IMG/VR virus record: IMGVR_UViG_3300035501_000580
Source: a virus
Taxonomy: Duplodnaviria > Heunggongvirae > Uroviricota > Caudoviricetes
Strand: one strand, 5' to 3'
Length of the DNA stretch: 64,000 bases
Part shown: piece after piece, positions 10,337-19,153 of the stretch
Position numbering within the stretch: position 1 is the first letter of the stretch
Layout of the letters: every line of letters begins with the position of its first letter
Made by a program: the position numbers and the translations under genes
The notes under the pieces: generated by a model
Told to the model about the DNA's origin: nothing
The model's database searches: none
The model's input: only the letters and a program-made list of their open reading frames with translations

Positions 10337-11248
10337 TCAATATTTTTTTTCTTCATTCATAAAATAGTCGATACGGTTTTTGATAGCCGTTCTGAGTAGA
10401 GGTATCTTCTCCAATTTCTGATGTTTAACGATGTCGAGATAAAGTTTGAGAAGTTCGGGTTCATCACTAATTCTAACAGTGGCACCCATTACACCACCCT
10501 TCCAAGAATCCCGATTGACGCCAAGTTCAGTGTCAGATTGGAATTCGAGGTCAACATTTATTTTCTTACAATAATTACCAAGACCTATTTTATTGAGGAA
10601 GGGCACTGACCATTCCCATTGTTCAATCCACCAACGGATACGGGAAACATCTTGAACTGTGTCATTCTTCATACGGTAGGTGGTATTCAATCTAACATCA
10701 ACAAGAGGATAATCATTAATGTCATCTAATTGTCTTTTCTCAACTAACGTCTTATTATTAAAGTCGATTATCCAAGAGTTATCATAGTGGGTTGCTTTGA
10801 AAGGGTTAGAAAAAGTACGGTTACGCCATCTAAAATCAGTCCACCATTTTTCACCATTGATAGAATCCCAACCCCAAGAGTATGAAATAGAAGCATAGTC
10901 AAGACCTGTATTCTCATTGAAGTCATTACCCCATTGCCAACACAAGACACAACCACCAAAATAGATTAGAATTTTGTGAGCCCATTTACAGTCGGTATAA
11001 ACTCCATGATGTGTATAATAAATCATAAGACTGGGGTTGTTATAAAATCCAATATAACCTCGATAGTTTTTGAATTCCTTGACCAGTTCACGATCATTAT
11101 ATTTCTTTCTGTAATACTCTGATATTTCCAATCCCAAAAAATGAAGGATATAAGGAAGTATTAAAATTGCTAAGATAATTAAAACAAATGTTATCATAAT
11201 TAAACGTGTATTATTTCTATTTCCGGAGCGTCTTTGAAATGTTCCCAT
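10337..11248 (-). CDS. Trp-rich membrane-anchored protein (303 aa)
   Basis: N-terminal TM segment IMITFVLIILAILILPYILHFLG; many W residues. Confidence 0.5.
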   Translation of the reverse strand: MGTFQRRSGNRNNTRLIMITFVLIILAILILPYILHFLGLEISEYYRKKYNDRELVKEFKNYRGYIGFYNNPSLMIYYTHHGVYTDCKWAHKILIYFGGCVLCWQWGNDFNENTGLDYASISYSWGWDSINGEKWWTDFRWRNRTFSNPFKATHYDNSWIIDFNNKTLVEKRQLDDINDYPLVDVRLNTTYRMKNDTVQDVSRIRWWIEQWEWSVPFLNKIGLGNYCKKINVDLEFQSDTELGVNRDSWKGGVMGATVRISDEPELLKLYLDIVKHQKLEKIPLLRTAIKNRIDYFMNEEKKY

Positions 11249-11838
11249 CTAAGGTTCTGGACAAGTTGTTTTGTTTCAATGTCCTCCTTCAATAACTCAG
11301 CTCGTGTTTGGTCATAATGTTGAACTATTTTTCCTACCGAAGATGTGAAACCGATTTTATTATCTTGTGTCAGGTAGTAGTAATAATAGTCATCAAATGT
11401 ATAAGACAATCCCAACAACAATACTTTCTCATTTTTAACTTCAACCACTGAGCCAAGTATAGGTTTAATCATATCCACCATTACACTCAGTTTAGAGTCA
11501 GGATAAGTTAATTTTTGGAAAGACTCATGTCGTAAATCGTTTTGAAGTTCACGAATAAAAATCGTCGGGTCAGTTACCATATAAACATCTACGGCATCAG
11601 GCCACCAATAATAAGGCCATTTTGTTGTTGATTTCAGTTCATAATTCTTGAAATACGAAAAAAACATATTCCAAGATTTAGTATATTCATTCCACCAAAA
11701 ATAACTATATGTTGTTCCATCCACTTTAATTAGGAAACGAACATCATGGTTATCTTCAGCTTGTTCGATTATATTAAAAACGTCAGTCCAAGAAGATAAC
11801 TTTCCTGAAAAGACTAACTTAAAATTTATATCTTTCAT
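11200..11838 (-). CDS. hypothetical protein (212 aa)
   Basis: ORF. Confidence 0.5.
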   Translation of the reverse strand: MKDINFKLVFSGKLSSWTDVFNIIEQAEDNHDVRFLIKVDGTTYSYFWWNEYTKSWNMFFSYFKNYELKSTTKWPYYWWPDAVDVYMVTDPTIFIRELQNDLRHESFQKLTYPDSKLSVMVDMIKPILGSVVEVKNEKVLLLGLSYTFDDYYYYYLTQDNKIGFTSSVGKIVQHYDQTRAELLKEDIETKQLVQNLRWEHFKDAPEIEIIHV

Positions 11839-11922
11839 ACTCTAAAAATAACAAACTCTAACTTAGTAGGTGACTGAGCTAACTTGCCGAATCTGTTAAT
11901 GGGTTAGAGTTTGTGTAGTTCT

Positions 11923-12216
11923 TTAATATTCTGTCATTTCTTCAACTTCTTTCGGTTGATCTTTGTGACATGGACAATCTGGGTCATGTATCAGACCACC
12001 TCCTTTTTGATGGGCGAAGTATATATATGAATGACCTTTGTATTTGAATGAAGTGATTGATGAAACAAACCCATCAAAAGGGACATTATATATTTTGGTT
12101 CTATCTACAACTTCATAACCTACTTCTCGTTGATGTTCTACCACAGGTTTGTTAACATCCTTACACGAGGTTAGGGATATAAAAAGGATTGATATAATAA
12201 ATAAAATTTTTTTCAT
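11923..12216 (-). CDS. putative lipoprotein (97 aa)
   Basis: signal peptide with lipobox LTSC. Confidence 0.5.
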   Translation of the reverse strand: MKKILFIISILFISLTSCKDVNKPVVEHQREVGYEVVDRTKIYNVPFDGFVSSITSFKYKGHSYIYFAHQKGGGLIHDPDCPCHKDQPKEVEEMTEY

Positions 12217-12414
12217 GACGATAATATTTCGTAATTAAGGGGAGGCTCGTGCCATCTTCGTGGACTTGTTTGGGGGTTTGACAATACTCTAAATATAATC
12301 CTATCTCAATAAATTTTCTATAAACAGGGGGAGGTCTTGTCATAGTTGAAAATAAAGGACTTCAAAGAAATGCAAGAACTCAGTCCGGATTGTTCTTATA
12401 TAAAATATTAATAA

Positions 12415-12756
12415 TTAAAGGTCGATGATTTCATTACCATTAATGTAAGCATAGTCTGCGTTCTTCAAACGGTAGGCATACTTACCATGAACAACACGAC
12501 GTTCAAGATTGTGGTCAACACCTTTGTACTGGGTGTCATACATCATCATTGAGATGATTTTCCAGAGGGGGTGAGAAACTGCTTGACGGGGAGCATTCTT
12601 CTTCTCAACCAGTTTGTTGTCAGATGCCCATGCAATGATTTGATTGACGGTCATCCAGTTATTACCATTGTGACGGAGTGCTTCTACAACTGCGTCTGAG
12701 TAATCTGTTGTGGTCAAAGTACGACCATTTACTTTCACGTTTCCTTTGCGTGCCAT
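12415..12756 (-). CDS. hypothetical protein (113 aa), paralog of 13785..14117
   Basis: shared W(M/A)T.(N/D)(Q/E)...WAS......(K/R)KNA.R.A.SHPLWKIIS.MM segment; flanks tRNA cluster 1. Confidence 0.6.
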   Translation of the reverse strand: MARKGNVKVNGRTLTTTDYSDAVVEALRHNGNNWMTVNQIIAWASDNKLVEKKNAPRQAVSHPLWKIISMMMYDTQYKGVDHNLERRVVHGKYAYRLKNADYAYINGNEIIDL

Positions 12757-12786
12757 GATTTTAATGTTTTAGAAATTTTACAATAA

Positions 12787-12861
12787 ATTTAATTTGTGAC
12801 TTCGGTGGGGATCGAACCCACGACCTTCCAGTGTTTAACCAGACGCTCTACCAGCTGAGAC
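12787..12861 (-). tRNA. tRNA, atypical (75 nt; anticodon arm TCTGG/TTAAACA/CTGGA, nominal anticodon AAA; irregular D-arm)
   Basis: reverse complement folds with 7-bp acceptor and T-arm GTGGG-TTCGATC-CCCAC; anticodon arm identical to tRNA at 13197..13268. Confidence 0.55.
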
Positions 12862-12961
12862 GTACGAAGTCAATCAATGCTATCTCACGACATGATGATT
12901 ATTTGTGTGTAAAAATTTAAATTCTATAAGAATAATTTAAAAAAATTAGTAAAAAACTCTG

Positions 12962-13034
12962 TGACTCCGGTGGGGCTCGAACCCACGACCCACTGATTAA
13001 GAGTCAGTTGCTCTACCAACTGAGCTACGAAGCC
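12962..13034 (-). tRNA. tRNA-Lys(CTT)
   Basis: cloverleaf: D-arm GCTC-AGTTGGTA-GAGC, anticodon loop CTCTTAA, T-arm GTGGG-TTCGAGC-CCCAC. Confidence 0.85.
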
Positions 13035-13196
13035 TAATCAATCATGTCTCACGACATGATGATTTTCTCTCTCTCACTTAATAAATAATTTATTTATAAA
13101 TCAAAAACTTATATACAATGAAAAAAAAATAATGTACTAAAAAAAAACACTTACTATGGTTATGTCTCACGACATAAAAGCATCAAATGAAAAAGT

Positions 13197-13268
13197 AACT
13201 CCGATGGGACTCGAACCCACGACCTTCCAGTGTTTAACCAGACGCTCTACCAACTGAGCTACGGAGTT
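13197..13268 (-). tRNA. tRNA, canonical 72-nt cloverleaf but anticodon loop TTAAACA (nominal anticodon AAA, C at position 37)
   Basis: perfect D- and T-arms; anticodon stem needs two G.U pairs; isotype uncertain (Phe-like?). Confidence 0.65.
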
Positions 13269-13460
13269 TAATCAGTCTATCTCACGACATGATGATTATT
13301 TAATGTGTAAATTTTAAACAACTTTAAAAATATCAATTAAAACTCATTTGTTATGGTCATGTCTCACGACATGATAATTAAATCAAAAACTTATATAATA
13401 TTAAAAATATAGTAATATGAAAAAAATGTAATAAAAAAGCATTTCAACAAAATTCTTAGG

Positions 13461-13545
13461 AACTCAGGAGGGACTCGAACCCTCGTCGCATGGGTTTCAA
13501 TAAAGAAATTCAACATAGCTCGACCAACTGAGACTTACTGAGTTC
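13461..13545 (-). tRNA. tRNA-like gene (84-85 nt) with good acceptor and T-arm but no canonical anticodon stem
   Basis: AACTCAG/CTGAGTT acceptor, T-arm GAGGG-TTCGAGT-CCCTC; central region does not fold as standard anticodon/variable arm. Confidence 0.45.
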
Positions 13546-13700
13546 TCCATGAAGGGACTATTCGCGAAAAAGTCCCAGACCAAAGACGTCTCTTTGGGGT
13601 TCTTCAATCTTAGAGCTCGGTCAGATTGAAGGAATGTCTCTTCCAAAAGGTGATCTAATGTGTACCATAACCTTTTAATTTTTGTATTAACAAGAACCTA
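13546..13700. ncRNA. candidate structured RNA (three strong hairpins) adjoining the tRNA-like gene
   Basis: hairpins gggact-N11-agtccc, ccaaaga-cgtc-tctttgg, tcaatct-N12-agattga; no ORF. Confidence 0.3.
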
Positions 13701-13784
13701 AGATAATTACACTTCATTTATAAATTCTTGATATGAATTGCGGTGAGGTTCTTTACAATTTATATATAACAAATTCAAAAAACT

Positions 13785-14117
13785 CTATTTTTGACGACGT
13801 ACCCAACGACGACCATTTTTGTCAATATAGACATTGGATACTTTCAACTTGTAGATGAAAACATTGTTGATGTTTGACATTCGAGTGATGACCGGATTTT
13901 TTTCCTCCATCATGTTAGAGATGATTTTCCAGAGGGGGTGAGACATTGCCTTTCGATATGCGTTCTTACGTTCACATAAGTTGTGGTGAGATGCCCACTC
14001 GACCATTTCGTCACAAGTCATCCATTTGTTATTGTTTTCTTCGAGGGTAGTAATGACTGCTTGTTTATATTTTTCTTGTGTCATTACCTGACCATTTACG
14101 ATTACTGAACCTTTCAT
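13785..14117 (-). CDS. hypothetical protein (110 aa), paralog of 12415..12756
   Basis: shared motif; preceded by triplicated promoter unit. Confidence 0.6.
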   Translation of the reverse strand: MKGSVIVNGQVMTQEKYKQAVITTLEENNNKWMTCDEMVEWASHHNLCERKNAYRKAMSHPLWKIISNMMEEKNPVITRMSNINNVFIYKLKVSNVYIDKNGRRWVRRQK

Positions 14118-14134
14118 TGTTTCTTGTTTTAGAG

Positions 14135-14425
14135 AGTTAAACTTTGTTTTTGTTTTACATTACAAAGATACTTGATTTTTTCGACCTGACCAAATTTTAA
14201 GTGTTAAAAATTTGTTAAATCTTTTTTCAATCATCTTGTGTAATGTTGTTTTTAATTACACTACAAAGATACTTGATTTTTTTGACTTGACCAAATTTTA
14301 AGAGCTAAAAATTTGTTAAATCTTTTTTCAATCATCTTTTCAATGTTCTTTTTGTTTTACACTACAAAGTTACAGGTTTTTTATAACATCTCCAAATTTT
14401 AAGTGCTAAAACTTTGTTAAAAATC
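14135..14425 (-). promoter_or_regulatory. three tandem copies of the ~70-bp conserved promoter unit (Bacteroidetes-type -33 TTTG / -7 TAnnTTTG)
   Basis: minus-sense reading gives AAATTTGG-N19-TAACTTTG/TATCTTTG then TAGTGTAA; three near-identical copies in series. Confidence 0.7.
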
Positions 14426-15002
14426 AAATGAAGTCCAAAAGGGTTACATTTGAGGTGGGTTCAATAGTTTCGTTTTTTCGTTTCGCATAGAACCAAGGGA
14501 TAAGTTTCTCATACCATCGAGAATCTTTTTGGTCTGTTGCTGAGATAATAGACATATCAGTGAAATCAGGTGAACCAACATATACCTTCTCATTATCAAA
14601 CTTACGTCTACAACCAAGCAAGTGAACATTATTTCTAAAATATCTACTTGTGAATTCCTTACATAGTTTAATGAATTCCACTTCTTGTATTAATGACGCC
14701 TTTTTTGTATCGAGGGTGAGAATGATGTAATAATCGGTATCTTTATCACCAAAGTTGTCTATCTTATTAATAGTGTGTAGTGTGAATACTCTGGGATTAT
14801 AACTTTTGGTTTCATATATCCCATCACAGACAGATACATTACCATGATCATCAAATCGGACATTAATATCAAGAACTCTAATACCTTCTTTGAGTTGTTG
14901 TCCTAAGTCCTTACTTTGGTGTTTATACATTGGAGTAAGAAACCACATCCACCATTTCTTAGGTGTGATATAACTTAATGATTTATGACTTCCTAATATC
15001 AT
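14424..15002 (-). CDS. hypothetical protein (192 aa)
   Basis: ORF. Confidence 0.5.
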   Translation of the reverse strand: MILGSHKSLSYITPKKWWMWFLTPMYKHQSKDLGQQLKEGIRVLDINVRFDDHGNVSVCDGIYETKSYNPRVFTLHTINKIDNFGDKDTDYYIILTLDTKKASLIQEVEFIKLCKEFTSRYFRNNVHLLGCRRKFDNEKVYVGSPDFTDMSIISATDQKDSRWYEKLIPWFYAKRKNETIEPTSNVTLLDFI

Positions 15003-15157
15003 GTTGTTTCTAAATTAATTACATGATAAAGATAACAAAGTAAATAGTGATTCACCCTAATTTACTGTTAAAATATAAAAAAATTTGATCAACATCCGTA
15101 TTCATAGAGTATATATTATATGATATAACAAACGGTCTACTGGTGGTGAAATAAAAA

Positions 15158-15195
15158 AACCGAATAGATTTTACTTCTATTCGGTTGATTGATAA
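15158..15195 (-). terminator. rho-independent terminator (10-bp stem aaccgaatag/ctattcggtt + T-run in minus sense)
   Basis: hairpin followed by TTTTTTT immediately downstream of the SIR2 gene. Confidence 0.6.
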
Positions 15196-15216
15196 ATATT
15201 TAGATTTAGTTAATTA

Positions 15217-17127
15217 CTATATTTTCAAACCCATAAGATATACATCTAACACATGAGAAAGACCATTTGGTGCATATGTTTTAACTATTTCTGTTCTACT
15301 GGTCATCTTTAGTTTTTCTATCATTTCAGTATTTGGATTTGGGTCTATATATATGATAGGTGTAGTCGATGGAACATAAGTCATTAAATTGGCTGCGGGG
15401 AAAGTTTCTAATGAAGTTCCCACCATTACGAATATGTCACAAGACCTAACCAATTCGATAGCTTCTGTCATTCTATTTACGGTTTCGTGATATAGAGTAA
15501 TCCAAGGTCTCATCTTTGCATTACCATTTGATGTCTGTTTGACTTTTGGGAAATAAGTCCAAACCTTAGCATCTGTTGGTAATCCACAATCTTTATGACT
15601 TTCTGTTGTGTCTATTGTTACAACTCCGGATTGTACATACTTACCATTTACTTTTTTATATTTTGAAACTCCTGCCAATGTTGTTGTTGTTGTGTTATCA
15701 TCTTCGGAAACACTTTTTGTCCAATATGATAAGTCAGCATGGTAGTTTGTATTATCGACATCATCTTCATTGCACATAATCATTAAATTACCATGAAGAT
15801 GTATAAGGTGTTCATCTATGAATTCTTTCGCTGTCATAGATTTTCCAATATTGGTAAATTTCATATATTTATAAAAACCACTATCACTAATTCCATATAT
15901 CGGGGGTTCATATGACGTGTTATAATATCTAAAAAAATAGTCACATAATGCTTTGTCATGTAGGTCATCAATATTCTGAGTAATGATTTTCACATCAAAG
16001 GTATTATGTTTATTTGTTCCTTCACCAATAGTATCATTAATGAATTTATTTATAATTTGATAACCAAGATGCATGGTATTTTTATTAATGTAACTGGCTC
16101 TCAATTCATTAAAAAATCTATTCAAGAAAACAGGGTCAGAATTCCACCCGGATTTTGTCATTATCATATCAATAGGGTTCTCATACCACAAATTACCTTC
16201 TTCCTCACTCTTATATGTATAGATACCATTTTCCTCACTCATACCCGCACCTGTAAAGAAAACAATTCTAACAGGGACTTCACTTGTTTTAATAAGGTCA
16301 TCTTCAGGCCAACCATATTTCTCTAATACTTCCTCAGCTTTAAGAATTAGATAGTTAGCACTTGAATCTGTTCTTGACCATTGTTTATACATTTTCTTTT
16401 TTACTCTATCTCTATCGGTCAAATTTGTTTCATCCTCTGTATGTGTCCAAGTTCCACTATCCCAAGGTTGTTTATATATTCTGGGAAATGTGTGTGTGGT
16501 AAATCGTTTATATTCTTGAAGTGTTTTACCGATACAAGTGTTATAGAATATTCGTCTTTGTGACTTATTCATATTATTTTTCATCGCAACATAAGCCCAG
16601 TGAACATGGGGGTATCTGGCATCCATTACGGGATAATATGTGTATGATGTTCTAAAAGGCGTTAGAGCTTCGGAATCAATCAATGTGAATAATAATGATT
16701 GTATTTCGACAGATATAGATTTGAATTTCTCATTTAGCTCACCTGTTTTTAAATATTGTGGAACATTTTGTGTGGTACTATCATAACTAGCAAGAATAAT
16801 ATTATTATACAGATATAAATCTTCAATTTGTGATATTGTAAGATATGTATTTTGAGTTAAAGATATTGATTTAACACCATTTGGGTGAATTTTTACATCT
16901 TCATTACCATCATACCACCCATCAGTCTCAATTATTCTATTGTTATATACGGGTCTATATACTTGTCGAGTTGTACCATCATCTGAAGTGACAGTAACAA
17001 TTCTACTACCTTTTGGTACATAATAGTTGCCCATCTTATAACAAATTCTATATATTTGTTTATATAGTTTTTGTATTTGACAGGCGGTTTTATAATCTTC
17101 TATAAATTTGTTTTGAAGAAAAGCCAT
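15217..17127 (-). CDS. SIR2-family (sirtuin-like) protein, 636 aa, with ~280-aa unknown N-terminal domain; no zinc-ribbon cysteines
   Basis: motifs TGAGMS (Rossmann GAG.S), TQNIDDLH (QNID.LH), HLHGNL (catalytic HG), VMVGTSLETFPAANL (GTSL.V.P) in correct order. Confidence 0.75.
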   Translation of the reverse strand: MAFLQNKFIEDYKTACQIQKLYKQIYRICYKMGNYYVPKGSRIVTVTSDDGTTRQVYRPVYNNRIIETDGWYDGNEDVKIHPNGVKSISLTQNTYLTISQIEDLYLYNNIILASYDSTTQNVPQYLKTGELNEKFKSISVEIQSLLFTLIDSEALTPFRTSYTYYPVMDARYPHVHWAYVAMKNNMNKSQRRIFYNTCIGKTLQEYKRFTTHTFPRIYKQPWDSGTWTHTEDETNLTDRDRVKKKMYKQWSRTDSSANYLILKAEEVLEKYGWPEDDLIKTSEVPVRIVFFTGAGMSEENGIYTYKSEEEGNLWYENPIDMIMTKSGWNSDPVFLNRFFNELRASYINKNTMHLGYQIINKFINDTIGEGTNKHNTFDVKIITQNIDDLHDKALCDYFFRYYNTSYEPPIYGISDSGFYKYMKFTNIGKSMTAKEFIDEHLIHLHGNLMIMCNEDDVDNTNYHADLSYWTKSVSEDDNTTTTTLAGVSKYKKVNGKYVQSGVVTIDTTESHKDCGLPTDAKVWTYFPKVKQTSNGNAKMRPWITLYHETVNRMTEAIELVRSCDIFVMVGTSLETFPAANLMTYVPSTTPIIYIDPNPNTEMIEKLKMTSRTEIVKTYAPNGLSHVLDVYLMGLKI

Positions 17128-17142
17128 GATATTTTACAACGA

Positions 17143-17502
17143 TCAATTTACAGTATTTATGGTCGTTTTCCATATCTCTAAGTATTCTTCGGCTTTGTTT
17201 GTCCACTCATGGGGGATTAAGATTGCTCGTGCGAAAACTTTCTTTGTCCAACCTTGTATATGTCCATGATTATTTCCTATTTGAAGTCCTTTTTCTTTAT
17301 CAACAGCATATACCAAGTGAGTATAGTAGTTTCCATGAATTTTAATGTAAGCGATGTCACCTTTCTTAAATTGATTCCAGTCGGTTTCGGGAACTAATAT
17401 TACTGGTTCTCTGGATTTCAAAATTGGTGTCATCGAATTTCCCGGTTCTCTGGAGATTATAGTTTCACCTTTCTTCAACCTTTCTACTTTGTAATTTCTC
17501 AT
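17143..17502 (-). CDS. putative S24/S26-type serine peptidase (LexA/UmuD/signal-peptidase-like), 119 aa
   Basis: PGNSMTP (G.SM nucleophile motif) and downstream K; size typical of standalone S24 domain. Confidence 0.45.
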   Translation of the reverse strand: MRNYKVERLKKGETIISREPGNSMTPILKSREPVILVPETDWNQFKKGDIAYIKIHGNYYTHLVYAVDKEKGLQIGNNHGHIQGWTKKVFARAILIPHEWTNKAEEYLEIWKTTINTVN

Positions 17503-17647
17503 ATTTACTTATTTATTTTGATTTTAAGACACTTTAACAGTCCGGATGGTAACTTCTTCATCTCAGTCAGTAAAGTCCGTCAGAACTCGTTATTTTAAGC
17601 CGTACAGATATAACAAGAGCCAAGTAATAGAACTCGGCTCATTATAA

Positions 17648-17899
17648 TCACATTCGACGTGAAAGTCGTCTTTTCATTTTTCTTTTTTGTTGTCCACTCA
17701 TGAAACATCCATGCTTGAGGAAGTATTCATAGTCATATACATCAATCATCGCATCTAAATCAGAACGGTCGTCACCTTGTTCTTCTTGAGTATATGTACC
17801 GATATTTTTAGGTTGGGTGTCTTGTGTCATCATGTTGTCAAAAAATTCTTGATTTCTTTCGACAACATCTGCTAAATCTGTAAAATTTTCTTTTCTCAT
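17648..17899 (-). CDS. hypothetical protein (83 aa)
   Basis: ORF. Confidence 0.4.
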   Translation of the reverse strand: MRKENFTDLADVVERNQEFFDNMMTQDTQPKNIGTYTQEEQGDDRSDLDAMIDVYDYEYFLKHGCFMSGQQKRKMKRRLSRRM

Positions 17900-17903
17900 C
17901 TCT

Positions 17904-18197
17904 TTAATATAAATCTTCTGAAAATAGTAATCTTGTTTCTGATGGTTTCTCAGTCACCTGTCCTGCGTTGTAAGCAATAATGTACGCCTCTTTTCTTCCA
18001 ACAAATCTACCATGTGATGTGAAAAAACCTTGATCACTTGGTCTTTTAGAAACTTCACCGATATATCTTTGAAAAATATCATGGTGACGTAAGCCCAACT
18101 CGATGTCACAAATATCATTATTGTTGTGGTAGGGTTTACAATTTCTGGGTGACAGTCTTCGTATCGCAGAACAAACTATGTATTCTTCTTTTTTCAT
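17904..18197 (-). CDS. hypothetical protein (97 aa)
   Basis: ORF. Confidence 0.4.
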   Translation of the reverse strand: MKKEEYIVCSAIRRLSPRNCKPYHNNNDICDIELGLRHHDIFQRYIGEVSKRPSDQGFFTSHGRFVGRKEAYIIAYNAGQVTEKPSETRLLFSEDLY

Positions 18198-18218
18198 TTA
18201 CTATAAAGATAACAAAAA

Positions 18219-18677
18219 TTAAAGATTGGAATAATCAATAAAGATAGTTTCCATATCATCTTTGTAATCAGAGTTCACTTGTTCCACATTATCATATCCG
18301 GGATTCCACGAATTGTTTTCGTATAGATTTTTTAAGTCCTCTGATGTGATATTGGGGATTTCATAACTACCAACACCATAGTGACGATATGTATCAGTGA
18401 AGTCACCACCAATGATAAGTTTTCTGTTTTTATAGTCAACAGTGATACCAATATGTGCGATTAAATCTTTCTGGGCTAACTTAAACATATCTAAGTGACG
18501 GTATTTAGGTTGGACAAATAGAGTAACCGTATAAGGTACCTTCGCTCTTTCCAAAATAGAGGATAGTACATAAGCAACCCAAGCACAACCTCCATCAAAA
18601 ATTGTATATTCTTTGTCATATAGTTGGGTTGTGTCATCCAGTTCTTTTACAAATTTATCTTGAACATCTAATGTCAT
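18219..18677 (-). CDS. hypothetical protein (152 aa), paralog of 23111..23593
   Basis: shared segment F.GGC..A......E..G.PY. Confidence 0.5.
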   Translation of the reverse strand: MTLDVQDKFVKELDDTTQLYDKEYTIFDGGCAWVAYVLSSILERAKVPYTVTLFVQPKYRHLDMFKLAQKDLIAHIGITVDYKNRKLIIGGDFTDTYRHYGVGSYEIPNITSEDLKNLYENNSWNPGYDNVEQVNSDYKDDMETIFIDYSNL

Positions 18678-18717
18678 GATTGAATAGGTTTTATTTTATT
18701 TATGGTGGTATGAACAA

Positions 18718-18752
18718 AAAAAGAGATGTCAATTTTTGTTGACATCTCGTTC
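18718..18752 (-). terminator. rho-independent terminator (11-bp stem gagatgtcaac/gttgacatctc, T7 tail in minus sense)
   Basis: seen directly downstream of RlpA-like gene. Confidence 0.6.
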
Positions 18753-18772
18753 TATTATAAAAAATAGAAACT

Positions 18773-19153
18773 TCATCTTTTCTTATCACCAAGTGAAATA
18801 ACCTCGATGACTACATCAACTACACCAGCTTTTAACATATCAAGTTCGCGGGCGGCTGACCAAGACAAATCGACAATACGACCTTTTACAAATGGTCCCC
18901 TGTCATTTACTTTCACCACTACAGATTTTCCATTCTTCTTGTTGGTCACTTTAAGGAGTGTACCAAATGGAAACACCTTGTGAGCACAGGTTAGTTTCTC
19001 AGGGTGAAGTCTTTCTCCACTACTTGTAATATTCCTACAAGTTTGGGAATAGTAAGTTGCTTTTCCGTGTTCGACCTGAGTGGGTGTGGTCTCTGCCATT
19101 CCCGACATCAGGGTGCAAACCAACAACATACATATCATCATAAATTTCTTCAT
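18773..19153 (-). CDS. RlpA-like double-psi beta-barrel peptidoglycan lytic enzyme with signal peptide (126 aa)
   Basis: ATYYS ... GERL ... LTCAH ... PFGTLLKVTN.KNGKSVVVKVNDRGPF..GRIVDLS.AA motif order matches RlpA/3D domain. Confidence 0.7.
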   Translation of the reverse strand: MKKFMMICMLLVCTLMSGMAETTPTQVEHGKATYYSQTCRNITSSGERLHPEKLTCAHKVFPFGTLLKVTNKKNGKSVVVKVNDRGPFVKGRIVDLSWSAARELDMLKAGVVDVVIEVISLGDKKR

